Shown: positions 45,770 through 55,865, counted from the stretch's first letter. The stretch is DNA of 64,000 bases from Candidatus Omnitrophota bacterium (GCA_016867115.1 VGKG01000001.1:173403-237402); one strand, 5' to 3'. Program-made: numbers and translations. The notes: generated by a model not told the origin, from the sequence alone.

Positions 45770-47220
45770 TTCTCTTTTTTCAGTATATTCCCGGCTTTTG
45801 CCAGCGCCTGGCGCCTGGTCTTGACCCTGCCGATAGCTTGAGCCTCTTCGATTTCGCGAAGTATCTTGCCTATTAAAGGGGAGGGTGCCAGCTTAAATCT
45901 TTTCATCAGGTCGTTGCCATCAATAAGTCGCGGGAGCTTCTTTTCTTTTAATCTGCGGAAATATTCCTTTATCAATCCCAGGCACATTGCTTCATGGTGC
46001 CTGCGGCCTTCGTTGGTGGTTAGGCGGCCGCGGGTGGCGCGCTGGTCGGCAATAGAAAGGAGAAGCGTAGAGGCTGCTTCTCTGGCCGTGTCGCGAAAAT
46101 ACCTAAACTTTGCCCGGGCAGTCACCTGCGCGCTGTCCGCAAGATACCCCGGCCTTAAGTGCCAGAGGATCATCTTATGCAGGGCGTTGGCTTCATCGTT
46201 TGAGAGTTTTAGTTTGCGGCTGATCTCTTCCGCCACATCAAGGCCGTACCTTTCATGGCCGTGAAAAGTGGTCTTTTTTCCCTGGCGCCTGCGCGCAGCC
46301 GGTTTTCCGATATCGTGCAAGAGGCAGGCAAGTTTTATAAGGCTGCATCTCCTGCGTTCACCGGACAGATATTCATTAAGGTAAGCAGCAAGCTCCCGGT
46401 TGTTTTTAAGCTGCTTTAAGGCTATCTCCATCTGCCTGAGCGTCTCAAGGCTGTGCTGCCAGACATCCAGGTGGTGATACGGCCCCTGGTCTACCCCGCG
46501 CATCCGGTCAAACTCAGGGAATACCACTTTCAGGATACCGGCTTCATCCAGCCTTTTTAGGTAGCCGTAAGAATTCCCGCAATTAAAGATCTTGAAGAGC
46601 TCATCGCGCACACGCTCAAAAGAAACACCGGCTAATCCTTTCTTCTCTTTTACGGCCAGCTTAAGCGTCTTTTCCTCTATCTTAAATCCCAGGGTGGCGG
46701 AAAAGCTGAAAATGCGTAAAATCCTTAAAGGATCTTCAATAAAGACCCCGGGGCTGGTCGAGCGGATGACGCCTGCCTTTAAATCCTCTATCCCGCCGTA
46801 ATGATCGCACAGGGATTGCAGCGGAACTTCATTTTCAAGGGCCTTTTCCAGGTCAAGGCTCAGGGCATTGATAGTGATCTCGCGTTTGGAGAGGTCCTCT
46901 TGCAGAGTCCTGCCGCGGAAATCCGTGAAATCAAGAGTACAGATCCTGTCTTTGAGTTTCTTTACCAGGCGGCAGGCCCCGTGCTCCTTATCCAGGACCA
47001 CGAAACCGCATCTCATTTCCCTGGAGAGCGAACGGCCGAAACTGATCGCGCTTCCTTTAAGGCAAAAATCAAAGTCGGGATTCTCTTTTCTTCTCTCTAG
47101 CAGCATGTCCCGCAGGAATCCGCCGACCAGATACAGCCTGACCTTACGCCTCCTGGCATAGTCATGGACAGATTCAAGGATCTTAAGGTCCTGGGCTAAG
47201 AATCTTATCCTTTTTTTCAT
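45766..47220 (-). CDS. cca: CCA-adding tRNA nucleotidyltransferase (polymerase-beta head plus HD domain).
   Basis: 484 aa. Nucleotidyltransferase motif (YLVGGFLRD...DFDF) and an HD domain (LLHDIGK). Confidence 0.85.
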   Translation of the reverse strand: MKKRIRFLAQDLKILESVHDYARRRKVRLYLVGGFLRDMLLERRKENPDFDFCLKGSAISFGRSLSREMRCGFVVLDKEHGACRLVKKLKDRICTLDFTDFRGRTLQEDLSKREITINALSLDLEKALENEVPLQSLCDHYGGIEDLKAGVIRSTSPGVFIEDPLRILRIFSFSATLGFKIEEKTLKLAVKEKKGLAGVSFERVRDELFKIFNCGNSYGYLKRLDEAGILKVVFPEFDRMRGVDQGPYHHLDVWQHSLETLRQMEIALKQLKNNRELAAYLNEYLSGERRRCSLIKLACLLHDIGKPAARRRQGKKTTFHGHERYGLDVAEEISRKLKLSNDEANALHKMILWHLRPGYLADSAQVTARAKFRYFRDTAREAASTLLLSIADQRATRGRLTTNEGRRHHEAMCLGLIKEYFRRLKEKKLPRLIDGNDLMKRFKLAPSPLIGKILREIEEAQAIGRVKTRRQALAKAGNILKKEK

Positions 47221-47255
47221 CGATTAAATCTTTTTCGGGGTGGAGTAGCGAGGGA

Positions 47256-47666
47256 TTACTTTTCTTTGTTGTTCAGTTCCGAGTGCCTGATGATCTCATC
47301 TTCGACGAAAATGGGCGCCTTTGCCCTGACTGCCAGGGCAATGCTGTCCGAAGGCCGGGCATCCACCATCTTTGTGCCTCCGGAAGCGGTCTTTAAGACT
47401 ATTTTTGCGTGGAAGGTATTCTCCTCTAGCCTGTCGATGATGACTTTTTCGATAGTCGCCTCAAGGTGCTCGATGGTCTTATGCAGCAGGTCATGGGTGA
47501 GCGGGCGGGGCGGTTCGAAACCGCTGATCTTAAGCTTTATCGCCGAGGCCTCAGGCAGGCCGATCAGGATGGGCAGGACCCGCTCGCCGTTCTTCTCCCT
47601 TAAGACGATCAGCTGGTCATGCCGCTTTTCGTCGATGACGATCTTGCTTAGTTCCATCTCAACCAT
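47256..47666 (-). CDS. Bifunctional nuclease (BFN/DUF151) domain protein.
   Basis: 136 aa. DUF151-like core (LPILIGLPEASAI...DARPSDSIALA). Confidence 0.7.
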   Translation of the reverse strand: MVEMELSKIVIDEKRHDQLIVLREKNGERVLPILIGLPEASAIKLKISGFEPPRPLTHDLLHKTIEHLEATIEKVIIDRLEENTFHAKIVLKTASGGTKMVDARPSDSIALAVRAKAPIFVEDEIIRHSELNNKEK

Positions 47667-47678
47667 GAAATATTTCTC

Positions 47679-48188
47679 CTATTTTTTTATCTTACGCGAG
47701 GGCTTACGGGTATTCCCCAGGTACGCCCCTGCCTTTTCCTTGCCTAAGATGTCCTTTAATTCCTCCATGAACTGGCCTACATCCCTGAACTGCCGGTAGA
47801 CTGAAGCGAACCTCACGTAGGCGACATCGTCGAGGGTCTTTAGCTTCTCCATCACCATCTCTCCGATGCGGGTTGAGGGGATCTCGCGGTCGGACTTCTT
47901 CTGGATACTGCGCTCGACCTGCGTGGTGATCTCTTCCATCTTCTCGATGCTCACGGGGCGCTTTTCGCAAGCCTTCATGATGCCGGAGAGGATCTTCTTG
48001 CGGTCAAAGGGCTCATGTGTACCGTCCTTTTTCACCACCATCAAAGAGACCTCTTCTACATATTCATAGGTAGTGAAGCGCTTGCCGCATTTAAGACACT
48101 CGCGGCGACGCCTGACCGCGGATTCCTCGGCGGTGGCGCGCGAATCTACGACCTTATCCTCTTTATAACCGCAATATGGGCACTTCAT
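47679..48188 (-). CDS. nrdR: Transcriptional repressor NrdR.
   Basis: 169 aa. Zinc ribbon (MKCPYCG...CLKCGKRF) plus an ATP-cone. Confidence 0.95.
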   Translation of the reverse strand: MKCPYCGYKEDKVVDSRATAEESAVRRRRECLKCGKRFTTYEYVEEVSLMVVKKDGTHEPFDRKKILSGIMKACEKRPVSIEKMEEITTQVERSIQKKSDREIPSTRIGEMVMEKLKTLDDVAYVRFASVYRQFRDVGQFMEELKDILGKEKAGAYLGNTRKPSRKIKK

Positions 48189-48652
48189 TTTTTATGCATT
48201 AATCTTCTTACTCTGATCTTTGCCTGCTTCAGGAAATCCATCGCCATCCTGTCCGGATAACCGTCTGCGATCACGATCTCATTGATCCCGGCATTGATGA
48301 GCATCTTGGCGCAGATCACGCAGGGCTGACAGGTGGAATAAAGGGTGCTGTCTCTGACACTAATGCCGTAGAGTGAAGCCTGGATCAGGGCATTTTGTTC
48401 AGCATGCAGCGCGCGGCACAATTCATGGCGCTGGCCGGAGGGGATCTTTAGCTTCTCCCTCAGGCAGCCGATATCCAGGCAATGCCCGAGCCCCTTGGGC
48501 GCGCCGTTGTATCCGGTAGCCAGGATCCTTTTATCCTTGACCAGGACTGCGCCGACGCTGCGGCGCAGGCAGGTGGACCTCTTGGCCACAAGCCGGGCCA
48601 TCTCTAAAAAATATTCGTCCCAGCTGGGGCGTTTATGCGTTTTCTTTTTCAC
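48185..48652 (-). CDS. dCMP deaminase (ComEB/cytidine-deoxycytidylate deaminase family).
   Basis: 155 aa. Zinc motifs HAEQNA and PCVICA. Confidence 0.85.
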   Translation of the reverse strand: MKKKTHKRPSWDEYFLEMARLVAKRSTCLRRSVGAVLVKDKRILATGYNGAPKGLGHCLDIGCLREKLKIPSGQRHELCRALHAEQNALIQASLYGISVRDSTLYSTCQPCVICAKMLINAGINEIVIADGYPDRMAMDFLKQAKIRVRRLMHKK

Positions 48653-49899
48653 TCTCTGGATAACTCCGGATATAACGGGAACTTTCTGGTAAGGCCGGAT
48701 ACTTTATTCTTTATTTCGTTCAGCTTTATCAGGTTGTCTCCTGCCTCGATCGCCTCATCGATCAGTGTAGCGATCAGGCGCATCTGGGGCTCTTTCATCC
48801 CGCGGGTGGTGACTGCGGGCGCGCCGATCCTAAGGCCGCTGGTGACCCCCGGGCTCTTCTTATCAAAAGGGATAAGGTTCTTATTCACGGTAATGCCTGC
48901 CTGCTCAAGTATCCTTGAGGCATCTGCTCCGGTGATCCCTTTTTCGGTGAGGTCCACCAGGAAAAGGTGCGTATCCGTGCCGCCGGAAATGATCCGGAAT
49001 TTCCTCTTCGCCAGAGCCGCGGCAAGCTCTTTTGTATTCTTAATGATCTGCCTCTGATAGGACTTGAACTTAGGGGTCATCGCCTCTTTAAAGGCCACGG
49101 CCTTGGCTGCGATCACATGCATCAATGGCCCGCCCTGGATGCCGGGGAATATCTCGGTATCTATCTTCTTGGCAAACTCCTTCCTGCAGAGGACAAACCC
49201 GCCGCGCGGGCCGCGCAGGGTCTTATGGGTAGTAGAAGTGACGAACTCGGCATACGGAACCGGATTCGGGTGCAATCCCGTAGCCACGAGGCCGGCAATG
49301 TGCGCCATATCCACGAATAAATACGCGCCCACCTTGTCGCAGATCTTACGGAAGGCCTTAAAGTCGATCCTCCTCGGATAAGCCGACGCTCCGGCAAGGA
49401 TCATCTTCGGTTTGTGCTTCCTGGCCAGGTGCATGATGTGGTCGTAATCCAGCGTCTCAGTCTTCTTGTCCACGCCGTAACCGATGACCTTGTAATACAT
49501 CCCGGAAAAATTGTGCGGGTGGCCGTGAGAAAGGTGGCCGCCGGCGGCCAGGTCCATGGCCAGGACCGTATCCCCAGGGTTAAGTGCGGCAAAATAGACC
49601 GCCATATTCGCCTGGGTGCCGGAATGCGCCTGGACATTGGCGTGCTCTGCGCCGAAGAGTTTTTTGGCGCGCGCAATCGCCAGCTCTTCCGCCTGGTCCA
49701 CGTATTCGCAACCGCCGTACCAGCGCCGGTGGGGATAACCCTCGGCGTACTTATTGGTCAGGACCGAGCCTTGCGCTTCAAGCACGGCCAGGGAAGTGAA
49801 ATTCTCCGAAGCGATGAGCTCCAGGTTCTCCTCCTGCCGCTTTATTTCACTCTTTATCGCTGCCCAGATCTGGGGATCGGTCTTTTTAAGGTGCTTCAT
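48649..49899 (-). CDS. glyA: Serine hydroxymethyltransferase.
   Basis: 416 aa. Canonical GlyA sequence including [12 protein letters not shown]. Confidence 0.97.
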   Translation of the reverse strand: MKHLKKTDPQIWAAIKSEIKRQEENLELIASENFTSLAVLEAQGSVLTNKYAEGYPHRRWYGGCEYVDQAEELAIARAKKLFGAEHANVQAHSGTQANMAVYFAALNPGDTVLAMDLAAGGHLSHGHPHNFSGMYYKVIGYGVDKKTETLDYDHIMHLARKHKPKMILAGASAYPRRIDFKAFRKICDKVGAYLFVDMAHIAGLVATGLHPNPVPYAEFVTSTTHKTLRGPRGGFVLCRKEFAKKIDTEIFPGIQGGPLMHVIAAKAVAFKEAMTPKFKSYQRQIIKNTKELAAALAKRKFRIISGGTDTHLFLVDLTEKGITGADASRILEQAGITVNKNLIPFDKKSPGVTSGLRIGAPAVTTRGMKEPQMRLIATLIDEAIEAGDNLIKLNEIKNKVSGLTRKFPLYPELSRE

Positions 49900-50354
49900 C
49901 TTCTGCTCCGTATCTCTCTTTCAATATTTTTAATCTGGTTCAGGCGCCTCCGGTGCCTGCCGCCCTCAAAGCGCGTATTCAGCCATACTCCGACGATCCG
50001 CTTTGCCAGCGCTGTATTCACAAAGCTTGCGCCCAGGACCAGGACATTACTGTCATTGTGCCGGCGGGATAAACGGGCAGCCTTTATTCCGTAACAGAGC
50101 GCGGCACGCACCCCGGGGAAACGGTTGGCGACGATGGAATTACCGATGCCGCTCTTACAGATGAGGATCCCCTGTCTGTAACGGCCGCTTGAGACTTCTT
50201 TGGCCAGGGCGTAAGCGAAGCGCGGATAGTCGCAGCTCTCTTTGGAGCAGGTCCCGAGGTCCTTTATCCTGTAACCGCTTTTTTCAAGATACGGCCTGAT
50301 CTTCTCCTTCAGGGAAAAACCGCCGTGGTCTGAGGCAATGACGATCTTTTTCAT
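49896..50354 (-). CDS. rpiB: Ribose-5-phosphate isomerase B.
   Basis: 152 aa. RpiB/LacAB fold (IASDHGG...CGSGIG). Confidence 0.9.
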   Translation of the reverse strand: MKKIVIASDHGGFSLKEKIRPYLEKSGYRIKDLGTCSKESCDYPRFAYALAKEVSSGRYRQGILICKSGIGNSIVANRFPGVRAALCYGIKAARLSRRHNDSNVLVLGASFVNTALAKRIVGVWLNTRFEGGRHRRRLNQIKNIEREIRSRR

Positions 50355-51418
50355 ATGCTTTTTACGAGTCGCCCTATCGCTTCTTTGATGATCTCAAAAG
50401 TTTCTGCGTAAAAATCCGCACCCCTTCCGATGGGATCCTCGATATCCAGATTTTCAGTGTCCTCTATTTTAGCAAATTCCTTTAATAAAAACACTCTATT
50501 TTTTGCCTCGGGCACAAGCTCAAGGATCCGCTCTTCGTGGATCTTCTCCATCACCAGGATCAGGTCGGATTTTTTGACCATCCCGGCAGTCGCGCGCTTT
50601 GAGACGTGCCCTGAGACATCGATGCCGTCCTGCGCCAGGAGCTCCCTGGTCGGCTCAGTTGCGCCCAGGCCCCCAAGCATCATGGTTCCGGCAGAAAGGA
50701 CCTCCACATCCTGCCGGTGCGCGTCTTTGAGCTTCTTCTCAAGTAAGGCTTTGGCCATCACCGAACGGCAGGAGTTTCCGGTGCAGATAAAGAGGATGCA
50801 CTTCCTGCCGGCTGCTTTCTCGATCTCTTCTTTCCTGATCGCACCCTCCCTTAAAACACGTAGAGGCGTTAGCGTAAGATCAACTACCGTAGATTCAACG
50901 CCTACTTTGGTATCGCCGGCATCCAGGGCCAGGTCCACCAAGCCCTCAAGGTCCCGGATCGCCTCGGAGAAATTCGCCGGCGCAGGCTTACCCGAAAGAT
51001 TTGCCGAAGGACAGGCCACCGGTATGCCGGCCAGGCCGATCACCTCTAGAGCCACCTCGTTGTCCGGCATGCGTAAGCCCACAGTACCTAAAGCAGTCTT
51101 GGATTTTAAGACCAGGGTCAGCGGCCCGGGCCAGAACCTCTCCAATAATTTATAGGCAGAGACCGGCACCTGTGCCGCAAACTCTTCCACCTTTTCCTTG
51201 TCAGCGATATGCAGGGTAAAAGGTTTTCCTTCTGGCCTCTTCTTTATTTCAGAGAGCCGCTGCATTGCTTTTTCATCCAGGGCATTGGCGGCAATGCCAT
51301 AGACAGTCTCGGTAGGAATGATCGCCAGTCCTCCGGCACGCAGGGTATCTGCGGCGATGCGGATAGAATCTTCGGCAGGATTCAGGGGATCGACTTTGAT
51401 GATCCGGGTCTGGGTCAT
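50351..51418 (-). CDS. L-threonylcarbamoyladenylate synthase (Sua5/YrdC/YwlC) fused to a low-molecular-weight protein phosphatase (YwlE-like).
   Basis: 355 aa. The N-terminal ~200 aa are YrdC-like (IIPTETVYGIAANA). The C-terminal part carries the CX5R LMW-PTP motif (CTGNSCRS). The flanking rpiB and glyA reproduce the Bacillus ywlC-ywlE-ywlF-glyA order. Confidence 0.8.
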   Translation of the reverse strand: MTQTRIIKVDPLNPAEDSIRIAADTLRAGGLAIIPTETVYGIAANALDEKAMQRLSEIKKRPEGKPFTLHIADKEKVEEFAAQVPVSAYKLLERFWPGPLTLVLKSKTALGTVGLRMPDNEVALEVIGLAGIPVACPSANLSGKPAPANFSEAIRDLEGLVDLALDAGDTKVGVESTVVDLTLTPLRVLREGAIRKEEIEKAAGRKCILFICTGNSCRSVMAKALLEKKLKDAHRQDVEVLSAGTMMLGGLGATEPTRELLAQDGIDVSGHVSKRATAGMVKKSDLILVMEKIHEERILELVPEAKNRVFLLKEFAKIEDTENLDIEDPIGRGADFYAETFEIIKEAIGRLVKSI

Positions 51419-51897
51419 ACTTTAAGCTTGATGCTTTTAATGTGTTTGCGCATCTTAGCCTTGTAAGCAACCATTTTTTTCTGGATAGCTTTATCGCCTG
51501 TCCCTAGTATCTGGAGCGCAAAAAGCGCGGCATTCTTTGCCCCCGCCTTACCGATCGCCATGCAGCCGACGGGGATCCCCGGAGGCATCTGGACAGTGGA
51601 TAAAAGCGAATCCAGCCCCTTTAGATTCTTGGTCTCGATGGGGATGCCGATCACCGGCAGGGCCGTATGCGCAGCCACTACCCCGGCCAGGGCAGCAGAC
51701 ATGCCTGCGGCAGCGATAAAGACCCTGGTCCCTCTTTTGGGCGCTGCCTCGACATAGGCCGCCACTTCTTTGGGCGTCCTGTGGGCAGATAAGACCTTTG
51801 CCTCAAAATCAACCTTGAACTCTTTTAACAGATTGATCGCCTCATTCACTGTCTCAAGGTCTGACTGGCTTCCCATTAAAATGCTGATCTTACTCAT
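51415..51897 (-). CDS. purE: N5-carboxyaminoimidazole ribonucleotide mutase.
   Basis: 160 aa. PurE signature (ILMGSQSD...AAGMSAALAGVVAA). Confidence 0.95.
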   Translation of the reverse strand: MSKISILMGSQSDLETVNEAINLLKEFKVDFEAKVLSAHRTPKEVAAYVEAAPKRGTRVFIAAAGMSAALAGVVAAHTALPVIGIPIETKNLKGLDSLLSTVQMPPGIPVGCMAIGKAGAKNAALFALQILGTGDKAIQKKMVAYKAKMRKHIKSIKLKV

Positions 51898-51927
51898 AGT
51901 TTTCTCCTTCCCCCTAACTACTATCTA

Positions 51928-53217
51928 CTAACTACTACCTACTGCTTTCCTCCCGATATCGCGGCGATAATGCATACCCTCGAAATGTATCTTATCCACT
52001 GCCTTATAGGTCGATTCGATCGCATCCTTGATCGTATTGCCAAGGCCCGTAACGCCTAAAACGCGGCCGCCGTTAGTGACGACCTGCCACTTGTCGTTTA
52101 TCTTCTGCCTCCTGGTCCCGGCATGAAAGACGACCACATCGGGTAATTTCGCCGCTTCCTCAAGCCCGAAGATCTCTTTTCCTTTTTCGTAATCTCCGGG
52201 ATAGCCTTTCGAAGCACAGACTACGCAGACGCAAGGCCGCTCATCCCAATCCAGGGTCCTGACCCGCGAGAGTTTGCCTTCGCTGGCAGCCAACATCACT
52301 TCTACCAGATCCGATTTAAAGCGCGGTAGGATCGCCTGCGTCTCAGGATCGCCGAAACGCACGTTAAACTCTAAAGTCTTTGGCCCTTCTTTAGTGAGCA
52401 TTACTCCGGCATAAAGCGTGCCGCAATATTCTATGCCGTCTTTTGCCAGTCCGTCGATAGTACGATACACTATTCTTTCCAAGATCTCTTTAAAGAGCTC
52501 TCTGGTCACAACCTGCGCCGGAGAATAAGCGCCCATGCCTCCGGTATTCGGGCCTTCGTCATGGTCAAAGATGCGTTTATGGTCTTGGCTAGAAGCGAGG
52601 GCGACCACCTCGCGCGAATCAGTGATCACCAGGATCGAAGCCTCCTGCCCCACCAGGCATTCTTCGATAATTACCTTATTGCCGGAGTCGCCGAATATCC
52701 TTTCTTCCATAAAGGAAACAACTGCCTGTTCTGCCTCGTCAATAGTTTTAGCCACCACCACACCCTTTCCCGCAGCCAGGCCGTCTGCTTTTACCACGCA
52801 GGGTGCGCCGATCTTGGCGATATATTTTTTTGCTTCATGTGCATTATCAAAAATTCCAAAGGCGGCAGTCGGGACCTTGTATTTATCCATCAGCAGTTTG
52901 GCAAAGACCTTGCTCGCCTCAAGCTGGGCCGCGGCTTTTGAAGGGCCGTAGACGCCTAGCTTATAGCGCCTGAACTCATCAACTATCCCGGCAGCCAGCG
53001 GCGCTTCCGGGCCGACCACGGTCAGGTCGATCTTCTCCCTCCGTGCAAAATCAAGCAACTGCCCGGTATCCTCTGCTCTGATGTCCAGGCACTCTGCTTG
53101 ACCGGCAATGCCGCCGTTACCCGGGGCGCAGAAGACCTTATCCGCCAGTTTCGATTGCGCGATCTTCCAGACTAAGGCATGCTCCCTGCCGCCTGAACCG
53201 ATGACTAAGATTCTCAT
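51928..53217 (-). CDS. purD: Phosphoribosylamine--glycine ligase.
   Basis: 429 aa. ATP-grasp PurD sequence. Confidence 0.95.
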   Translation of the reverse strand: MRILVIGSGGREHALVWKIAQSKLADKVFCAPGNGGIAGQAECLDIRAEDTGQLLDFARREKIDLTVVGPEAPLAAGIVDEFRRYKLGVYGPSKAAAQLEASKVFAKLLMDKYKVPTAAFGIFDNAHEAKKYIAKIGAPCVVKADGLAAGKGVVVAKTIDEAEQAVVSFMEERIFGDSGNKVIIEECLVGQEASILVITDSREVVALASSQDHKRIFDHDEGPNTGGMGAYSPAQVVTRELFKEILERIVYRTIDGLAKDGIEYCGTLYAGVMLTKEGPKTLEFNVRFGDPETQAILPRFKSDLVEVMLAASEGKLSRVRTLDWDERPCVCVVCASKGYPGDYEKGKEIFGLEEAAKLPDVVVFHAGTRRQKINDKWQVVTNGGRVLGVTGLGNTIKDAIESTYKAVDKIHFEGMHYRRDIGRKAVGSS

Positions 53218-53265
53218 ACAACGCCCTTTTGGCTATCCAGCATTCAATACTTATCTTGCATAGTA

Positions 53266-53356
53266 GGGACAGTCCCCTTTGAAGCTCAGGGGACACTCTT
53301 CGATTCTATGAAATCTATTCAAAGGGTGTCCCCGCATTGATGGCGGGGACAGTCCC
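53266..53356. repeat. Nested palindromic element between purM and purD: outer GGGACAGTCCC copies flank an inner AGGGGACACTC-23 nt-AAGGGTGTCCCC.
   Basis: Read directly from the sequence. The inner loop TTCGATTCTATGAAATCTATTCA is 16/23 identical to the loop of copy 1. Confidence 0.6.
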
Positions 53357-53370
53357 TGCCGCAGTAGTCG

Positions 53371-54390
53371 TTAGACTATCTCAACCTTCTTTTTCCCTTT
53401 TACAACTTCGCCGATGACGCAAGAATCAAGACCAACAGCTTTCAGTTTAGCGATGACCTCGCCGGCGTAACGCGCCTCTACCACTAAAACCATGCCGATA
53501 CCCATATTCAGTGTATGGTACATCTCCTTATCCAGGATGCCGCCCTTATTCTGGATCAGGCGGAATATTTTAGGAACACTCCAGGCATTCTTATTTATCC
53601 GGACATCGACGTTATCAGGGAGGATGCGCGCTATCTTATCGTAAAACGCGCCACCCGTGATATGTGAGATACCTTTTATAGAGTTCTTTAGTTCTTTAGT
53701 TCTAAAGTTCTTTAGTAAAGACAAGATCGGTTTCACATATATTCTTGTGGGTTTAAGCAACTCGCTGCTCATGCGCCTCAATTCTTTTTCAGAGAAGACC
53801 TTGCGCACCAGGGAATATCCGTTTGAATGCAGGCCATTTGATTCGAGGCCGATTAGAACATCTCCGGCAGCAATCCTGGAGCCGTCAATGATCTCCTTGC
53901 GCTCAGCAACCCCTACGCAGAAACCCGCCACGTCATATTCGCCTTCTCTGTACATCCCGGGCATCTGGGCAGTCTCTCCGCCGATAAGAGAACATCCGGA
54001 CTCAATGCAGCCGTTATTTATTCCTCTGACTATTGCCTCAAGCGTCTCATCTTTAAGCCTGCTGTAGGCGATGTAATCCAGAAAAAAAAGCGGTTCAGCC
54101 CCGGTGCAAAGGATGTCATTGACATTCATCGCCACGGCGTCAATACCGATAGTATCGTGCTTATTTACAAGGCAGGCGATCTTTAATTTCGTGCCTACCC
54201 CGTCTGCTGATGAGACCAGGACCGGATCCCGGTATTTATTCTTATCCAGACTAAAGAAGCTGCCGAATCCGCCGATATCTTTAAGCACCTCCGGACGGAA
54301 AGAGCGCCGGACCAGGTTTTTTATCCTTTTTTTAAAGATATCAGCTTTTCTGATATCCACTCCCGCTTTCTGATAAGACATTCTTGCCAT
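53371..54390 (-). CDS. purM: Phosphoribosylformylglycinamidine cyclo-ligase (AIR synthetase).
   Basis: 339 aa. PurM sequence (GIDAVAMNVNDIL...HITGGAF). Confidence 0.95.
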   Translation of the reverse strand: MARMSYQKAGVDIRKADIFKKRIKNLVRRSFRPEVLKDIGGFGSFFSLDKNKYRDPVLVSSADGVGTKLKIACLVNKHDTIGIDAVAMNVNDILCTGAEPLFFLDYIAYSRLKDETLEAIVRGINNGCIESGCSLIGGETAQMPGMYREGEYDVAGFCVGVAERKEIIDGSRIAAGDVLIGLESNGLHSNGYSLVRKVFSEKELRRMSSELLKPTRIYVKPILSLLKNFRTKELKNSIKGISHITGGAFYDKIARILPDNVDVRINKNAWSVPKIFRLIQNKGGILDKEMYHTLNMGIGMVLVVEARYAGEVIAKLKAVGLDSCVIGEVVKGKKKVEIV

Positions 54391-54458
54391 ACTCTTCCTT
54401 TCCTGGTAAATCTAGAAGCCCTTCTCAACCTGCTTGCGGCTCATCGCAAAGACAGAGG

Positions 54459-55853
54459 TTAAGGGTGTTTTCCTGTCCAGCAATATAAACAGAGCTTCTC
54501 CTTAGGCAGGCCTATTGCCGAGACCATATCGTCTAATTTCTGGAATTTTATGGAAGAGGCTCCGATATCCTCGGTGATCCAGTCAACCATCTTTTTGTGT
54601 TTAGGGGAGTCCTCATCCACATAGCATTTGACGTCCTTGATATCTTTGCCTTCAATATCGCGGATCGCCTTGCGCGCTGCCAGTTCCGCGTTGCTTCGCG
54701 TGGAATAATTGAACTTGCAGGGAAACATGAGTGGCGGGCAGGCGATCCTTAAGTGGATCTCCTTGGCGCCTGCTTCCTCGAGCTTGCGGATGGTATAATT
54801 TTTAAGCTGCGTGCCGCGCACGATAGAATCATCGCAGAAGACTATTGCTTTATCCTTGATAATATCCTGGATGGGGATAAGCTTCATGCGCGCTATGCGG
54901 TCGCGCATCTCCTGTGAAGGAGGGATATAACTCCGGTCAAAGCCGGGAGTGTACTTGACCAGCGGCCGGCGGTAAGGGACCTTTGATTCCATGGCGTAAC
55001 CAATGGCGTGCGTGGTCCCGGAATCCGGGATCCCGCCTACCAGGTCAATCTTCACGTTATCGCCTTTTGCCAGGCAGCGGCCGCACCTTTCCCTGACCAC
55101 CTCCACATTTATCCCCTCATAAGTGGAAGCGGGAAAACCGGTGTAGATCCACAAAAATGCGCAGATCTGATTTACCGAACCGCCCTTGACCTTCTGGCGC
55201 ATCCCCTTTTCGTCGATCAGGATGACCTCTCCCGGAGCGAGGAACTTAGCAATTTTAAAGCCCAGGTTACTGAAGGCCGTGCTTTCAGTGGTAACTGCCC
55301 AGTCCTCATCCCGCTTTCCGATAACCAGCGGCATATAGCCGAACCTGTCCCGTGCGGCATAAATTCCCTCTTTGTTCATCAAAAGCAGCGTACAGGAGCC
55401 GTCGATCTTGGAATAGAGGTATTCGATGCCGTCAATGATGTCCTTTCCCTGAATGATGAGCTTGGCTGCCAGCTCTGTCAGATTCACCTTGCCGTCGCTG
55501 ACCTCGCTGAAGGAGAGCCCCTTTTTGTAAAGTTCATCCGCCAGCTCCATAGAATTGTCAATGTATCCGCAGGTGACGATCGCGAAGGGTCCAAACTTTG
55601 AGTTAACGCAGATCGGCTGTTCGTCGCGCGAGCTGATCACGCCGATCCCTTTATTGCCGGACATGTGTTTATAGTCCTCGTAAAATTTGGATTTGAACTG
55701 CGAACCGCGGATATCATGGATCTTACGCGTCAATTCCTTACCCCAGACCGCCAGCCCACCGAACTGCGTGCCCAGGTGCGAATGATAATCCGTCCCGTAA
55801 AAGAGGTCCTGCCCGCAGTCATTCTTAGTGACAACACCGAATATGCCGCTCAT
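54459..55853 (-). CDS. purF: Amidophosphoribosyltransferase with a degenerate glutaminase domain (Ser at the Cys1 position).
   Basis: 464 aa. PRTase motif (VFCDDSIVRGTQ) in the pur-operon context. The N-terminus is MSGIFGVV, where canonical PurF has MCGIVGI. A strong AAGGAG ribosome-binding site and an in-frame TAA just upstream fix the start. Confidence 0.8.
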   Translation of the reverse strand: MSGIFGVVTKNDCGQDLFYGTDYHSHLGTQFGGLAVWGKELTRKIHDIRGSQFKSKFYEDYKHMSGNKGIGVISSRDEQPICVNSKFGPFAIVTCGYIDNSMELADELYKKGLSFSEVSDGKVNLTELAAKLIIQGKDIIDGIEYLYSKIDGSCTLLLMNKEGIYAARDRFGYMPLVIGKRDEDWAVTTESTAFSNLGFKIAKFLAPGEVILIDEKGMRQKVKGGSVNQICAFLWIYTGFPASTYEGINVEVVRERCGRCLAKGDNVKIDLVGGIPDSGTTHAIGYAMESKVPYRRPLVKYTPGFDRSYIPPSQEMRDRIARMKLIPIQDIIKDKAIVFCDDSIVRGTQLKNYTIRKLEEAGAKEIHLRIACPPLMFPCKFNYSTRSNAELAARKAIRDIEGKDIKDVKCYVDEDSPKHKKMVDWITEDIGASSIKFQKLDDMVSAIGLPKEKLCLYCWTGKHP

Positions 55854-55865
55854 ATCTTGCTCCTT

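Noticed and set aside
53682-53713. AGTTCTTT-type 8-mer tandem repeat (x4) inside purM as a possible insertion or slippage hotspot.
   Set aside because: The encoded segment (LLKNFRTKELKNS) is the same length as the corresponding E. coli PurM segment, so it is not an insertion. It is probably a coincidental codon-level repeat in a Lys/Asn-rich loop. I mention it only under the short-repeat finding.
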